Of a stretch of DNA of 34,287 nucleotides, positions 19,454 through 30,415 are shown piece by piece. The stretch comes from Chrysochromulina tobinii. Taxonomy: Eukaryota. The notes beneath the pieces are model-generated. The model searched no databases and was not told the DNA's origin. It was given only the letters and a program-made list of their open reading frames with translations. The position numbers were made by a program, and so were the translations under genes. Within the stretch, counting starts at the first letter, position 1. Each line of letters opens with the position of its first letter. Location: the NCBI GenBank assembly GCA_001275005.1, contig JWZX01002445.1, positions 1 to 34,287 on the forward strand. The letters run 5' to 3'.

Positions 19454-22400
19454 ACTGAAGCCCGCGCCGGAGCCCCTGGAGCTCGAAGAGGACGCTTCGG
19501 GCGCTCAGGTGAAGGCGGAGCTAAGGAAGCAGTGGCTCGGGCACGAGGAGGAGGAGGAGTCTCTTCCCAAGCTCGCCACGCTGCCCAAGCCCAAGCCCGC
19601 CGAACCGCCACCGCCCCCAACCAAGCCTGCCACGCCGCCGCAGCCACCGCCGCCGCCACCGCCGCCAAAGCCGCCCACGCCGCCGCCGCCACTGCCGCCG
19701 CTGCCCGAAGAGTTTCGCGACCCGCGCAACTCGCCCCCGATTGCAGCCTTCCTACAGACCCTGGCGAGAGCCGCCGCCGACGCGAAGCCCGGCGGCAACA
19801 TGAAGGCGTCCCTGGACGGGCTCTGTGCGCTCGCCAGCCACGAGCGCGAGGCCGTGGCGGCGGCCATGCTACACGATTCGCAGTTCCTGATCCCCGCGGC
19901 CAAGGCGACCGAGCGCAAGTCGGAGTTCGAGCGTCTTACGAGCGTTGTCGGCGTGTGCGCCCGGATGCAGCGAGCTCAGTTGCTCCGTCGCCTCTACTTG
20001 TACAAGCATGCCATCGCGGACCTCGACGCTGCCATCGCCGGCGCGCCGAAGCTGCCGCCACCGCCGCCGGGGACGCCTCCAGCCCCCGAGCCGCCGCCGA
20101 TGCAGCAGATGATGCTCGCGCGCGCAGAGCAGTACGCGCTCCTCGAGCAGCATGCCGACGCGATCAGCGACTATACGGCGCTCCTGCCCCCGCCGCTCGG
20201 CAGAGCGACCAAGGCCCTCGAGCTGCAGGGCGACAAGATGGCGGACGCACTCATGGCGCGCGCCAAGTCGAGTGAGGCCTCGAATCTCTTTGACAAGGCG
20301 ATGGCCGATCTCAAGTTCTTGACGGAGAACTTTCCGAATCTTTCGGACGCGTTCCTCGCCCTCGCGGCCCTGCATAAGCGGCTCAACCAGGACAAGCCCC
20401 AGCTGGCGGCGATGAGCAAGGCGGCGATCCTTCGCCCCGGAGATCCGCACCTGGCGGTCCAGGCGTCCTCGCTTGCTGAGAAGCTCGGCGACCGCACGCA
20501 GGGCATCGGGCTGCTCAGCACGATCCTCAAAAAGGGCTCGACGCCTGAGACGCTGTTCAAGCGGGCAAGGCTGCGCGTCGACGTTGCCACGAACGAGCCG
20601 AAGAGCGCTTTTGAGCGCGAGGCCCTCTTTGCAGGGGCTGCGGAGGACCTGTCGCAGGTGCTCAAGCACCAGCCACAGCACGCGATGGCGCTCCTGTGCC
20701 GAGGCTGCATCGAGGGATGCGGCCCCAAACGAAAGCGTGCCCTCGACGACCTTGCAACCGCCGCCGAGCTCTTCGAGGGCGACGAGGTGGCGAAGGAGAA
20801 GCCCGGCTACGTGGCCCAAGCTTGGAAGTGCCACGTCGCGCGTGGCATCATCTACGAGTCGGGTGGCGACTTCACCGGCGCCGTGTCCGAGTACCTTCTC
20901 GCCGCGCGCAAGCAGCCCAATAGTGGCTTCCCACTCGTGGCGGCCGCGCTCTGCCATGCGCACTTTGCAGGGGACGACCCGGTCGCTCTGTACTATTGCA
21001 CTCGTGCGCTGACTCGTGAGCGTGGATGCGTGCGCGCGTACGTGGTGCGCGCCGAGACGTTTCTACGGATGGGCGACATGAAGCGTGCGTACGTTGACCT
21101 GCGCACGGCGCTCCAAGCACGGCCCGAGTGGACGGTGCTGCATGCGCTCCACGCCCGCTTCCTGCTCGTGGCAAATAGGATCCAGCCCGCCGTGCGCGAG
21201 TGCTGGAGCCTCGCGCAGAGTTGGATGGCGCTTCGCCGGCCGCCGCTCGTCATCGCGCCGCCGCCGCCCAAGTCACAGGCGCATGCCAAGGGCAAGCCGC
21301 CGGCCAAAGGCACCGACAAACCCTCCGACAAGGGCGCCGACAAAGGCGGCGCCAGCGCGGCCCCGCCAGACGGCGGCACCGCTGGCGGCGACAAGAGCGC
21401 CGGGGGCGACAAGGCCACGGGGGGTGCCACCAAGGCGGGGGGGGCGGGCGCGGGCTCGACCCTCTCGGAGCCGCCGGTGAGCCTCGATCGTGACGGTTTT
21501 GTCTTTTCGCCGGGCCTGGGCGCGACGATGCGCATCGTGCCGGGCGAGAAGCTTGGCGGCGTGTCGGGCGCGACGCCCGAGGCGGTGGCCAAGATGGCCA
21601 GCAGCCTTGAAGGCTTGATGGTCGAGCTGATGGCCGAATGTGCACTGCTGCTCGACAGGCCGCTTGATGCAGCGGCGCTGCTGCTTCAGCTCACCGAGCC
21701 TCCCCGTAAGAAGGTCGGCGAAGCTCCAAAGCCGATGAACATATTCGCGGGGTTGGCGGGAGGCGCACCGGGTGGCGCAGCGGGAGGCGAGGCGCGTCCG
21801 CTCGTCGTGCCTCCGACACGCCTCGCCCTCCTTGCCACCGCGTGGCAATGTGCGGGCGAGCTTGGGCTGGCAGCCGAAGCGAGCGCCCGCGCGTGCAGCG
21901 GCCCTTCGATGGTGCAGCTCATCAACCTGTCGCCAGCGGCCCAGTCCCTCTTTTGGTTGCGCCGCGGCCACCTGCTCATCGGCATGCATCGGCCCGTGGA
22001 CGCGGCGGACGCGTACCGAAAGGCTTTGGCAGCTCTGCCGACAAGTGCGGCCGCTGCCGAAGGGCATGTGTGGGCGCGTCATCTATGCGGCGCGGGCGAC
22101 GGCGACGACGGTGTGAATGCCGACCGCACGCTTGCCGCTGACCGTCCGCTCTCCGACCGTCGGATCGTGCGTGAGTACGACCGGCTGATCGAGCAGCACC
22201 CGTGGTCGGTGCGCGTGCGGCTCCATTATGCGCACGTGCTCTGGCGCCGCCACGACTACTACTGCGCCGCCTCTCAGCTCGACCACGCGGCGGAGCGCGC
22301 CAAGGCAGCCCAGCCGCACGTGCGCGGGATCGCTCTCGCCGTGCGCGCGCTCGTCGGCCTACGCGCGGAGCTGCCCGGCACGGCGCTCGAGGATCTCAAC

Positions 22401-23681
22401 GAGGCCCTTGGCCACGTGGCCACAACCCTCGACGAGTGCATCCGTCATCCCTTGCCGCCACACGCACGCCAGCTCGTGCACTATGTGCGGGGCACGTGCC
22501 TGCTGCGCATCCACGACGTGCCTGCCGCGGTGAAGGAGCTCGAGCTGGTCGATGTGCGGCACGCACTGCCAAAGGCCGAGGCCGAGTCGCTTGCCATTTT
22601 AGGGTACTCGCGCCCGCTCGTGACGGCGGCGTCCCAGGGCAGCGCACTCGATGAGACTGCGGCGCATGCGGCGCGCGTCGCCCTCACGCTGCGCGCGCAG
22701 CTCGCCGAGGCGTCGAGGTTGCAGCTCGCGTTCTGTGCCGCCTTCAATTTGGGACTCGGCTATTGGCGCCTTTGCCGGCCGGCCGATGCGCTACGTGCGC
22801 TGCTGAGCGCACAGCGGTGCGCGCATGCACTCGCCCGCCTTAGCGTCGACATCACCACCGCGCCGCCGCCGCCGCCCGCCAAGGCCGGCGCCAAGGCGCC
22901 CGTGCCGGCGGTGCCCGACAGCGAAGCGCTCGCCTGGCCCGTCGGCGCGCCGCCGCCGCTACGGGCGGGCGCCGCCGCAAGCGCGCACATCGTCTGCGCG
23001 CAGGCTCTGCAGCGGCTCGGCCGTTCTGTCGAGGCACTCTCTCACTTTGAGGCAGGGCTGCAAGTGCAGCCAGGCTGCCTCGCGGCCCTTCTCGGGCGCG
23101 GCGATCTCCACTTTGATCGAGGCGAGGTTCGTCAAGCGCGGCGCGCCTATTGCCGTGCAGCCTCGGTCCATCCGCTCTCGCCCGCGCCGCACGTGCGACT
23201 CGCGCGCTTGTACCACCACATGCTGCAGGAGGAGACGGCGTCTCGACTGGTGACGCAGGCACTTCGTCTCGACCCGAAGGATGCGGGGGGCGCTCGAGGC
23301 GCGCGCGGCACTCCGGCTGTCGAAGGGCGAATCTCACGGGGCGCTTGCCGACCTCACGGCCGCGCTCGCGTCGCCCTCGGCGCCGCCCTACGGCACGTCC
23401 CTGTGGAAGGCGCTGCATTGCGAGGCGGCCGCCGTTTACGCCCACATGGGCAACCGACACGAGGCGCTCCGGCTGTACGAAAAGGCGGCGGGCTGCTTGT
23501 CGGGCTCGTCGAGCGCGCTGCTCGGGCTGGGGACGCTCGCGCTGCACCAGAAAAAGTGGGCGGACGCGGCAGCCCACTTTGATGCGGCGCTCACCCTCGG
23601 GGCATCGGATGAGAGCCGTTTCGCCCTCGACGACGGCCAGCTGGTGCCGGCTGAGTTGTTGGCCACCGCCACCCTCCCCCC

Positions 23682-23720
<39 letters not shown>

Positions 23721-24774
23721 CGATTTGCCGACCGGCCGCGGCGGGGGCGGCTTGCTCGCTGCTCATGGCGGCAAGGGCGCCGGCAAGGGCGCCGGGAAGG
23801 GCAAGGAGGTGGCGCGCGACGCCATGTCGCGCCTGCGCGCACAGCGCGGCCGAGCGGCGCTGGGTGCGGGCGTCGCCTACCTCTGCCTTCGAAGGATCGA
23901 GCTCGCGCGCTCGAGATTCCTCGAGGCCATCGTGCTGCGCGGCGGCTGCGGGCGTACCCAGTTCAACCGTGGCGTCTTCCATCTGGTCGCCAACGAGCCG
24001 GAGGCAGCCGAGGCGGACCTGCTCAACTGCGTCAAGTTGCTGCCAACGAATGTGGAAGCGTGGGTGCGCAAGTCCCAGGCGATCGTGCGGCAGGAGGCCA
24101 CCTTCGGGTCCGGTGGAGGTGCTCGCAAGGTGCAGCTCCTGATGGACTATGCGAACGCCCTCCTGATCATCGACTTCGCGGCCGAGCAGAAGCGCAAGCA
24201 CGAGTACGCCAAGGCCGAGGCAGCCAGGGACGAGCGGCGTCGGAAGGACAAGGAGCTCGACGAGCAGTGGCGTCAGAGCCAACGAGCCGCCCACGGCAAC
24301 GCGCACGTCGACTCGATGGGCGGGCCGCCGCTGCCACCAGCGCTCTCCTTCGGGCCCGAGGCCCTCGTGCACAAGTACGGCCCGTCGCCGACGACAGCCG
24401 GCACTGCGGTCCTGGCGCAGTCCATGGGCGGTGGACCTCCGGGCAAGCAACGACTTGCGGTCACCCTGCCGCCTGGGTTGAGGCCGGGGGAGGAACTCCT
24501 GGTGCAGCACGCGGGCCAGCAGTACCGGTTCACGGTGCCAGCCAGCCTATCGACGGTCACCCAATGCCTGATCGAGGTGCCAAGGGCTCCGGACCGCGGA
24601 GCGACCTATGCTGAGATTTGGCAGGGCCGCGCGGAGACGTACCTTTGGACCTCGCAGCAAGTTCGAGCGTCGGCGGAGCAGCCGCAGGATGACGCCCAGG
24701 ACGACGCCCAGGTGCAGGACGACGCACAAGAACCGGCCCAAGACGACGCGCCCGCAGAGCCAGAGGAGGAGTAG
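15948..24774 (+). CDS. Giant (~2,940 aa) protein with 3 IQ motifs, two tandem U-boxes and an extended TPR array; +1 frameshift in G6 at 23285-23290
   Basis: IQ-like motifs ATRVQAVHRGRTGR, ATTLQAARRGRAAR, AITLQATHRGQMGR; U-box YLCPISHEVMLDPV..DGHTYER..IExWL..HDTSPSTG..L..N.ALR twice; TPR-type helices from ~19950 to ~24170. Removing one G joins ORF 15948..23582 to ORF 23281..24774 (DPKDAGALEARAAL). The 5' end and possible hidden introns are uncertain. Confidence 0.75.
15972..16001 (+). repeat. (CAG)10 microsatellite encoding poly-Gln
   Basis: Direct reading. Confidence 0.9.
18586..18991 (+). repeat. Tandem duplication of the U-box (210-bp period)
   Basis: 18586-18781 versus 18796-18991: 4 mismatches in 196 bp by eye. 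Confidence 0.95.
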
Positions 24775-25363
24775 CGCAGGTGCAGTACCCATTAGGTGAA
24801 GCTACAGGGCGACAGAGGTACAGGGCGACGGTGCGATGCGATGACGCGGATGAGCGATCGCTGCGTGCTGTGCGATGCGTTCCGATGTGTTCTTATGTAT
24901 TCCGTTAGAAGCTTTTTATCCCTCCGAATTTCCACAACCCCACACGACACGCGATGAGAGTGAGTGTCATCTGTCAGTGAGGTGCGGAGCCGTCCCTCGA
25001 GCGCGGGGGGACCCGGTTTTACCCAAGGGGGTAGGGGAGGGATTAATATCTGGATTTGCACCCCTTCCTCATACCCTGATTACAAACTGAGTGAGAAGCC
25101 TATACGGAACACGCTTAAAATCGATTAAAAACGCTCGCCTAATATGTATCGCGCCCAGTCCCGAGTCCGCGTACCAGGGGCCCAGGGCTCAGTCTTAAAG
25201 ACTACGCCTCCCGGCCTCCGCCCTACCGGTAACGCAACGGTCCACGTGAATGGGACCGGGAGCCGGCAGCAGCAGCTCACCGGATACGCTTTGCGTCCTA
25301 CGATGGATGTACGGAATTTTGTCCGCCCGAATCCCCGATCCGTCCGGGACGTGCCGGCCGCTC

Positions 25364-26587
25364 TTATGCTCTCAAGAATGACACTCGCTCCATTGCCTTC
25401 TTGTTGCTCGGCGCCCTGTCTCGCAACCCTTTGGTTGCAGAGCTGATTGCAGAATCTATGCCGCGGCCTATCTTCTCAAAGGAGAGCTTGCGCACCAGTG
25501 CACGAGTCTTCTCGAAGGAGAGCTGGCGCACAATCGATCGGGGCGGCAAGGCAGCAGAGGCACTGGAGGAACGCGCGAGCTCGTCCGGGTCGACAGCTAC
25601 CGCTTCGTCCCCGTCGGGTACCAGCAGCATGGGCTGTGGCTGCTCTGACAGCAGGAGCACGGGCGGCGGTGCCGTTAGCATCGCCAGCGATGACGGCGGT
25701 GTTGGCAACGGATACTGCGTCATCGCTGGCGTGTTGGCAACGAACTTCTCTGTGTCGCCGTCGCCATTCTCGCCCTCCTCGCTGTCCTCTGCATCGGATG
25801 GCGACGCACCCATGCCCGCCTCGCCCTCTGCGCTCCGTAGCCAGTGCCGCGCCACCGTCGTCGGGGCATGATAAAGAGCACTACCTATCTCAGGGTCCTC
25901 ATGGTCCTCAGGCGCGTCTCCGAGCACGTCGGCCGCCGCACGACGCAGCCATAACGGCATTGCCGTTCCTCTATCAAATATCGACTCGCCCGTCTCCTCG
26001 GGGCTGGCAGCGGCCGCGGGCCTGCCCAAGGATCCCTTCAACAGCGACGTTCTGGCAGGGAAGACCAGAGCATCAAAGGCGCGCCTCAGAGGAGCGACGC
26101 GCCTGGACCGTTTGGCACCGGCTTCTCGGCGCCCATCGGCGGCCGGCGTGTGCTCAGAGCGCTGCTCCTGCCACAGCATGTGCCAGCGCGCCCAGCTGTG
26201 CTTCAGCCTTCGTGTACAGCTCTCCGAGTTGAAGCGAGACTGCTTCAGCAAATGGACGAGCTGCCGCTCCCGTCGCATGTCGAGCCGGCGCGCCTCACAG
26301 CCCTTGAACCATCGCGTGTAGTTCTGCATGAGCCGGAGGCGCGCCATGAGTGCAGCGCGCCGCTGCGCCGCTCTACAGCGCAGTTCCCTAGCCATCAGCG
26401 CGTGCGCCGCTGTGAGCCAGGCAGCCAAGCGCATCCGGAGCTCAATGGCCCAAAAGGAGCTCACGCACGCGTTGAGGTTCTGCAGTGCTAGCGTTTTGGC
26501 CTCCCAGTGCGCAAACCAGCACTCCAAGCCCCAGCGGAGGTACTCTTGCCTCACTAAGAGTCCCACTTGGGAGATCTGGAGCGACAT
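25364..26587 (-). CDS. Hypothetical protein with periodic Trp in helical segments (Sfi1-repeat-like) and an acidic/low-complexity C-terminus
   Basis: 407-aa ATG ORF; segments such as LRMRLAAWL, MQNYTRWF, LKHSWARWH; repeated VRQLSFEK/VRKLSFEK. The family assignment is tentative and the 5' end may be spliced. Confidence 0.55.
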   Translation of the reverse strand: MSLQISQVGLLVRQEYLRWGLECWFAHWEAKTLALQNLNACVSSFWAIELRMRLAAWLTAAHALMARELRCRAAQRRAALMARLRLMQNYTRWFKGCEARRLDMRRERQLVHLLKQSRFNSESCTRRLKHSWARWHMLWQEQRSEHTPAADGRREAGAKRSRRVAPLRRAFDALVFPARTSLLKGSLGRPAAAASPEETGESIFDRGTAMPLWLRRAAADVLGDAPEDHEDPEIGSALYHAPTTVARHWLRSAEGEAGMGASPSDAEDSEEGENGDGDTEKFVANTPAMTQYPLPTPPSSLAMLTAPPPVLLLSEQPQPMLLVPDGDEAVAVDPDELARSSSASAALPPRSIVRQLSFEKTRALVRKLSFEKIGRGIDSAISSATKGLRDRAPSNKKAMERVSFLRA

Positions 26588-26829
26588 CCAGAGCGGGGGT
26601 TTGCCGCTGGAAGCGACAGAGGATCCTTCGTCGCTCTATTGTACGGCAATCTCTGTGTCGCGGTCACACACAGATCGGGTATCGGAACGCGCGGCGGAGA
26701 AAGCTGTTCCATAAATGGGACTGAAATGGGAAAAGGCACTGTAGTACAGTAATTAGGCTCCGTCTTGCTGTCATACAGGTTCAAAAACACAGGTTCAAAA
26801 ACCCTGGGGGACGCGGTACTCTCAATGGA

Positions 26830-28596
26830 TCAATCGAATACCTGCTTTACCTGGCCAACACGCAACAGATTGCAAAGGCGCACGGCCAGGGCGCGCTCCT
26901 CAGTGCCCATCGCCGGCCGCGCCACTGCTAAGGGGTGTGCGACCTCAATCGTGCAACATGTTGTGCAAGGCCATGCCTGCTCGCCGCCCGCACACTCTGC
27001 CGGCGTGGGCATGGCCGCTGGAACGTCTACCGGCCGCGCGATGGCGATTGCTGCTGCGGGGGCAGGCACAGGCTCCGCCTCCCCGGCGTCGCCCGAGCTG
27101 ACGAAGGGCACGGCAATTGGCACGTCACCCTCTTCTGCGGGCTCGAGGGTTTCGTGAAGGCAGCGGAAAAGGAGGCCCTGTGGGCTGTCTTCCCAGCTGC
27201 CACCGAGCGCACGCCGGTGTGCGGCGGCGCAGAGTGCACGGAGGGCTTCCGTCAGGGGGGCGGGCTTCTGGCGTGCCCGCGCGCACGCCTCAAAGTCCTC
27301 AAGCGACTCGAACTTGCCTTCGCGCACAATGGAGTGATATAGGCGCGCACGGGATGGGTCAAGAGTGGCAAGCCGTTGATCGTCCGTCACGAGCTCCGGA
27401 TGCCACACGTCGACGATGAGCACGAGCCGCGGTGCCTCGGTCGCGTTCCACACCTCGTGCTCATAGCTGTCATCGAAGAGGGACACGGCACCCTCAACCC
27501 ACTGGCGGGGCGGCGTGCACCCGACACGCATGGCGCAATCGCCCTCAGGTACCACAAGGGCAAGATGGCAGCGCAGGCGCACGTTTGTCGGCCCGCAGTG
27601 CGGGCGCAGCCGCGTGCCGGGTGCGAGCAAGGAGAAGAACGCCGAGCCGTACACGCAGCTGGCGGCCTCTCGGAGCATCGTACCCTCCGCGCTCGATAGC
27701 AGAGCACTCGTTCTGGGAGCGAGCGCCGCGTGTCGTTCGTGCCGACGACCGTTGACGTACAAGCTGACATCGCGCCATGCAGGGAGGGCGACGTTTGCGG
27801 CGGCGGCGGCGGTGGCCGTGCCGTCGGCTGGGCCTCGTTCGACACGATCGACGAGAGTGTGGACGCGCCCGTCATTCATCATGTGGTTTGCCGATGCCTC
27901 GGCGCGTGTCTGCTGCCACACTGCCGCCGCCTTGAGCAGTTCGACTCCCTCCGCCCGGATGGTGTCGTAGTGGGCAGCGAGCATCATGCACACGGGGTGG
28001 GTGCTCGGATCGAGCCACGGCGCCTCTTCGGTTGCCAGCGAGTCGATAAACTGCGCCGACCGCTGCTCGGGACGCCTCCACACCCCTCTCGCTACAGCCT
28101 GTGCTGTCACAGACGCGACAGCTGCCGCGCGCGAGGCCGCGTCCGGCACGGCATCCTCCCGACTGGAGCACGACACCCACAGCTGCCAACCAAGGCGATC
28201 CGTGCCGCACAGCGCGGCCCATCGTGCGTAGTGCTCAAGCGCCCTTGCTGCGTCTCCCTCCTTCGAACCGCAAATGTCGAGGGTGGCGGCAAGCATCAAT
28301 TCGAGGAGACCGCGAATGCGTTGCTCGTAGCTAGGCCCGAGCAAAGACCAGCGAGCCGGACGGCTTGTTAAGAAGGCATCGCAGCGGGTGATAGCCATCC
28401 GCAGTGCTGCACCTGCCTCGACTCCAAGAGCACTACCGTTCGCATCGGCGCGCTCGTGTGCCGTTATCGCTCGCAGCGCGATCTCGCTTGCCACCTCCGT
28501 GTGTGCGCTTATGCACTCGTGGTCGGCGTCTTCAACGGCGAGCCACAAACCATGTGACGCTCGCTGATGGGCAGCGAGCACAAAACTATCCGTCAT
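26830..28596 (-). CDS. Aspartyl/asparaginyl beta-hydroxylase-domain protein (2OG-Fe(II) dioxygenase)
   Basis: FFSLLAPGTRLRPHCGPTNVRLRCHLAL, FDDSYEHEVWN, RLVLIVDVWHP. First ATG at 28596. The 3' end may be spliced at CAG|GTAAAG (26850). Confidence 0.9.
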   Translation of the reverse strand: MTDSFVLAAHQRASHGLWLAVEDADHECISAHTEVASEIALRAITAHERADANGSALGVEAGAALRMAITRCDAFLTSRPARWSLLGPSYEQRIRGLLELMLAATLDICGSKEGDAARALEHYARWAALCGTDRLGWQLWVSCSSREDAVPDAASRAAAVASVTAQAVARGVWRRPEQRSAQFIDSLATEEAPWLDPSTHPVCMMLAAHYDTIRAEGVELLKAAAVWQQTRAEASANHMMNDGRVHTLVDRVERGPADGTATAAAAANVALPAWRDVSLYVNGRRHERHAALAPRTSALLSSAEGTMLREAASCVYGSAFFSLLAPGTRLRPHCGPTNVRLRCHLALVVPEGDCAMRVGCTPPRQWVEGAVSLFDDSYEHEVWNATEAPRLVLIVDVWHPELVTDDQRLATLDPSRARLYHSIVREGKFESLEDFEACARARQKPAPLTEALRALCAAAHRRALGGSWEDSPQGLLFRCLHETLEPAEEGDVPIAVPFVSSGDAGEAEPVPAPAAAIAIARPVDVPAAMPTPAECAGGEQAWPCTTCCTIEVAHPLAVARPAMGTEERALAVRLCNLLRVGQVKQVFD

Positions 28597-29007
28597 GGTT
28601 GCGGCTCGCGCCTCTCGTGGTGGTTGCCTGCCGAATAGCTTGGTCTGCAATAGTAGCGGCCGCCCACGAGGGCCGCCCGTCCGAGAATTCCTAGTCGGGC
28701 ATCCTCCGATTCACCCGCCCACGCGCGCGCGCGCGCGCCGCGCCGGGCGCTTGCCGGTCCCCATAAAAATAATACACACGTGCGCCAGACCAGAGCCTAC
28801 CCAAGGCCCCTACGGCTGTGCCTGCTACTGTACCAGTCCACTGCATCCCCCCTCATCCCCCATCATCCCCAGCATCCGCCACACCCTGCTAGCTGCTTCC
28901 CTCAACCCCCCCGCAGCGGTGCTCGCCGTCCGGGACCCGCCCGCGTGTACTACCCCCGCCTCCCCCACGCCGCATGGCTACCACATGAGCACACATGCCG
29001 CATCGGC

Positions 29008-29607
29008 TCAGTCGAAGACCGAATCGAGCATCATACCCATGGCGAGGCCACCCACGACGCCCACCGCAACGTCGCCGCCGTCGATGCCGCGGTTGTAGAC
29101 GGGGCCGCCTCCGACGTGGTGGTGGATTACCTGCGGCTGCTGCTGGTAGATGACCTGCGGCTGCTGCTGGTAGATGACCTGCGGCTGCTGCTGCACCACG
29201 ACCTGCTGCGGCTGCTGCTGGTAGTACATGGGCTGCTGCATCATCTGCGGCTGCTGCGGGTACTGCATGGGCTGCTGCACCATCTGCGGCTGCTGCCCGT
29301 ACATCATCGGCTGCGCCATCTGCGGCTGCTGCGCCGGGTACATGGGCTGCTGCTGCGGGTACATGGGTTGGCCCTGGGAAGGGGCACCCACGACTTGACC
29401 CATCACGGGTCCCATCGGCTGCCCCGTCGGCTGCCCATAGGCAGGCTGCCCCATCGGGGGCGCGGGCGCGGGAACCATCATGTGGAACTCCTGGCCGGCC
29501 CTGAGGCCATTCGGGATGGTGACCTGCATCATGCCCGATGGCGTCTGGACCTTGAGCGCCATGCCGCCCTGCATACCCGCGGGCACGGTGACTGCCATCT
29601 TCTGCAT
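29008..29607 (-). CDS. Pro/Gln-rich protein with N-terminal VxVPxG..G beta-module and hydrophobic Gly-rich C-terminus
   Basis: ATG 29607 MQKMAVTVPAGMQGG...VTIPNGLRAGQEF; QQPQVIY repeats; GVVGGLAMGMMLDSVFD. Confidence 0.8.
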   Translation of the reverse strand: MQKMAVTVPAGMQGGMALKVQTPSGMMQVTIPNGLRAGQEFHMMVPAPAPPMGQPAYGQPTGQPMGPVMGQVVGAPSQGQPMYPQQQPMYPAQQPQMAQPMMYGQQPQMVQQPMQYPQQPQMMQQPMYYQQQPQQVVVQQQPQVIYQQQPQVIYQQQPQVIHHHVGGGPVYNRGIDGGDVAVGVVGGLAMGMMLDSVFD

Positions 29608-30415
29608 GTTGAAAGAAGTCGGCAATTCGATTAGGGACGTTCCGGGCTTTTCATACTTCCGGGTAGCGACGCGAGCGACCTGCGAATATCCGGGTTCCCA
29701 CGGGGTTTGAGCCGGTAACCCACTCGGGGTCTGTCGAGTAAACACCTCTCTTTCCCCACAGCACGCTGTGACGCTCGGGCAATGCCGCTTCGCTTGTCAG
29801 TCGAGAGACATCCAGCCACCTGAGGGAGGTCTGGTCAGGGTGGCCGACACGCCGATCTGACCTGGCCGACCAACGGGTTGGCCTGCCGTGAGGCAGTCAT
29901 GTCGACGGCGACGCCGCCCTCGACACCCCCGCCCCGCGCTGCGTCTGGAGCGTCGCCAGCCTCCATGCTGTAGCGGCCGGCCTGCTGTGGCTGCCTCACC
30001 GCGCATCGCGAGCGTCATGCGCACGCCGGGAAGCGCACTACGCATCATGGGCTTGCGGTGGCCTCGAGAGGGCGACGCTGCACCATGCGTGCGCCTCCAG
30101 GCACATGCCCGTGGGCTGCTGCAGCGTCGGAGGCGGCTCAAGGTACAATGTGGCCAGTCAGTCGCGTGGGCGTTCATGGACTCAACGACTTATCAGATGA
30201 TGTTCGATCACCAGCGCACCTGTGGCCTCAACCGTCGACAATTGTCCCCTCCGGTCTCCGCTGCTCACCATGACGTGCCCACGGGAGCGGTCTTTGCGAG
30301 AGCGTGTGCAGTATGACATGTAGCTGTATGGTGTAGCGATAATAGTGAATTCTCTTGAATTAATGTACGAACGTACGTGATGTGAAAACTTACCATACAG
30401 ACGCAAATTGACTAA

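Noticed and set aside
25026..25077. G-rich/C-rich hairpin in the convergent intergenic region
   Set aside because: Depends on G-U pairs and a bulge in low-complexity purine/pyrimidine tracts; plausible by chance.
26775..26802. Tandem ACAGGTTCAAAAAC duplication
   Set aside because: Simple local slippage duplication with no further structure.
29750..30320. Short ORFs between the P/Q-rich gene and the relic
   Set aside because: No recognisable protein features or consistent coding frame.
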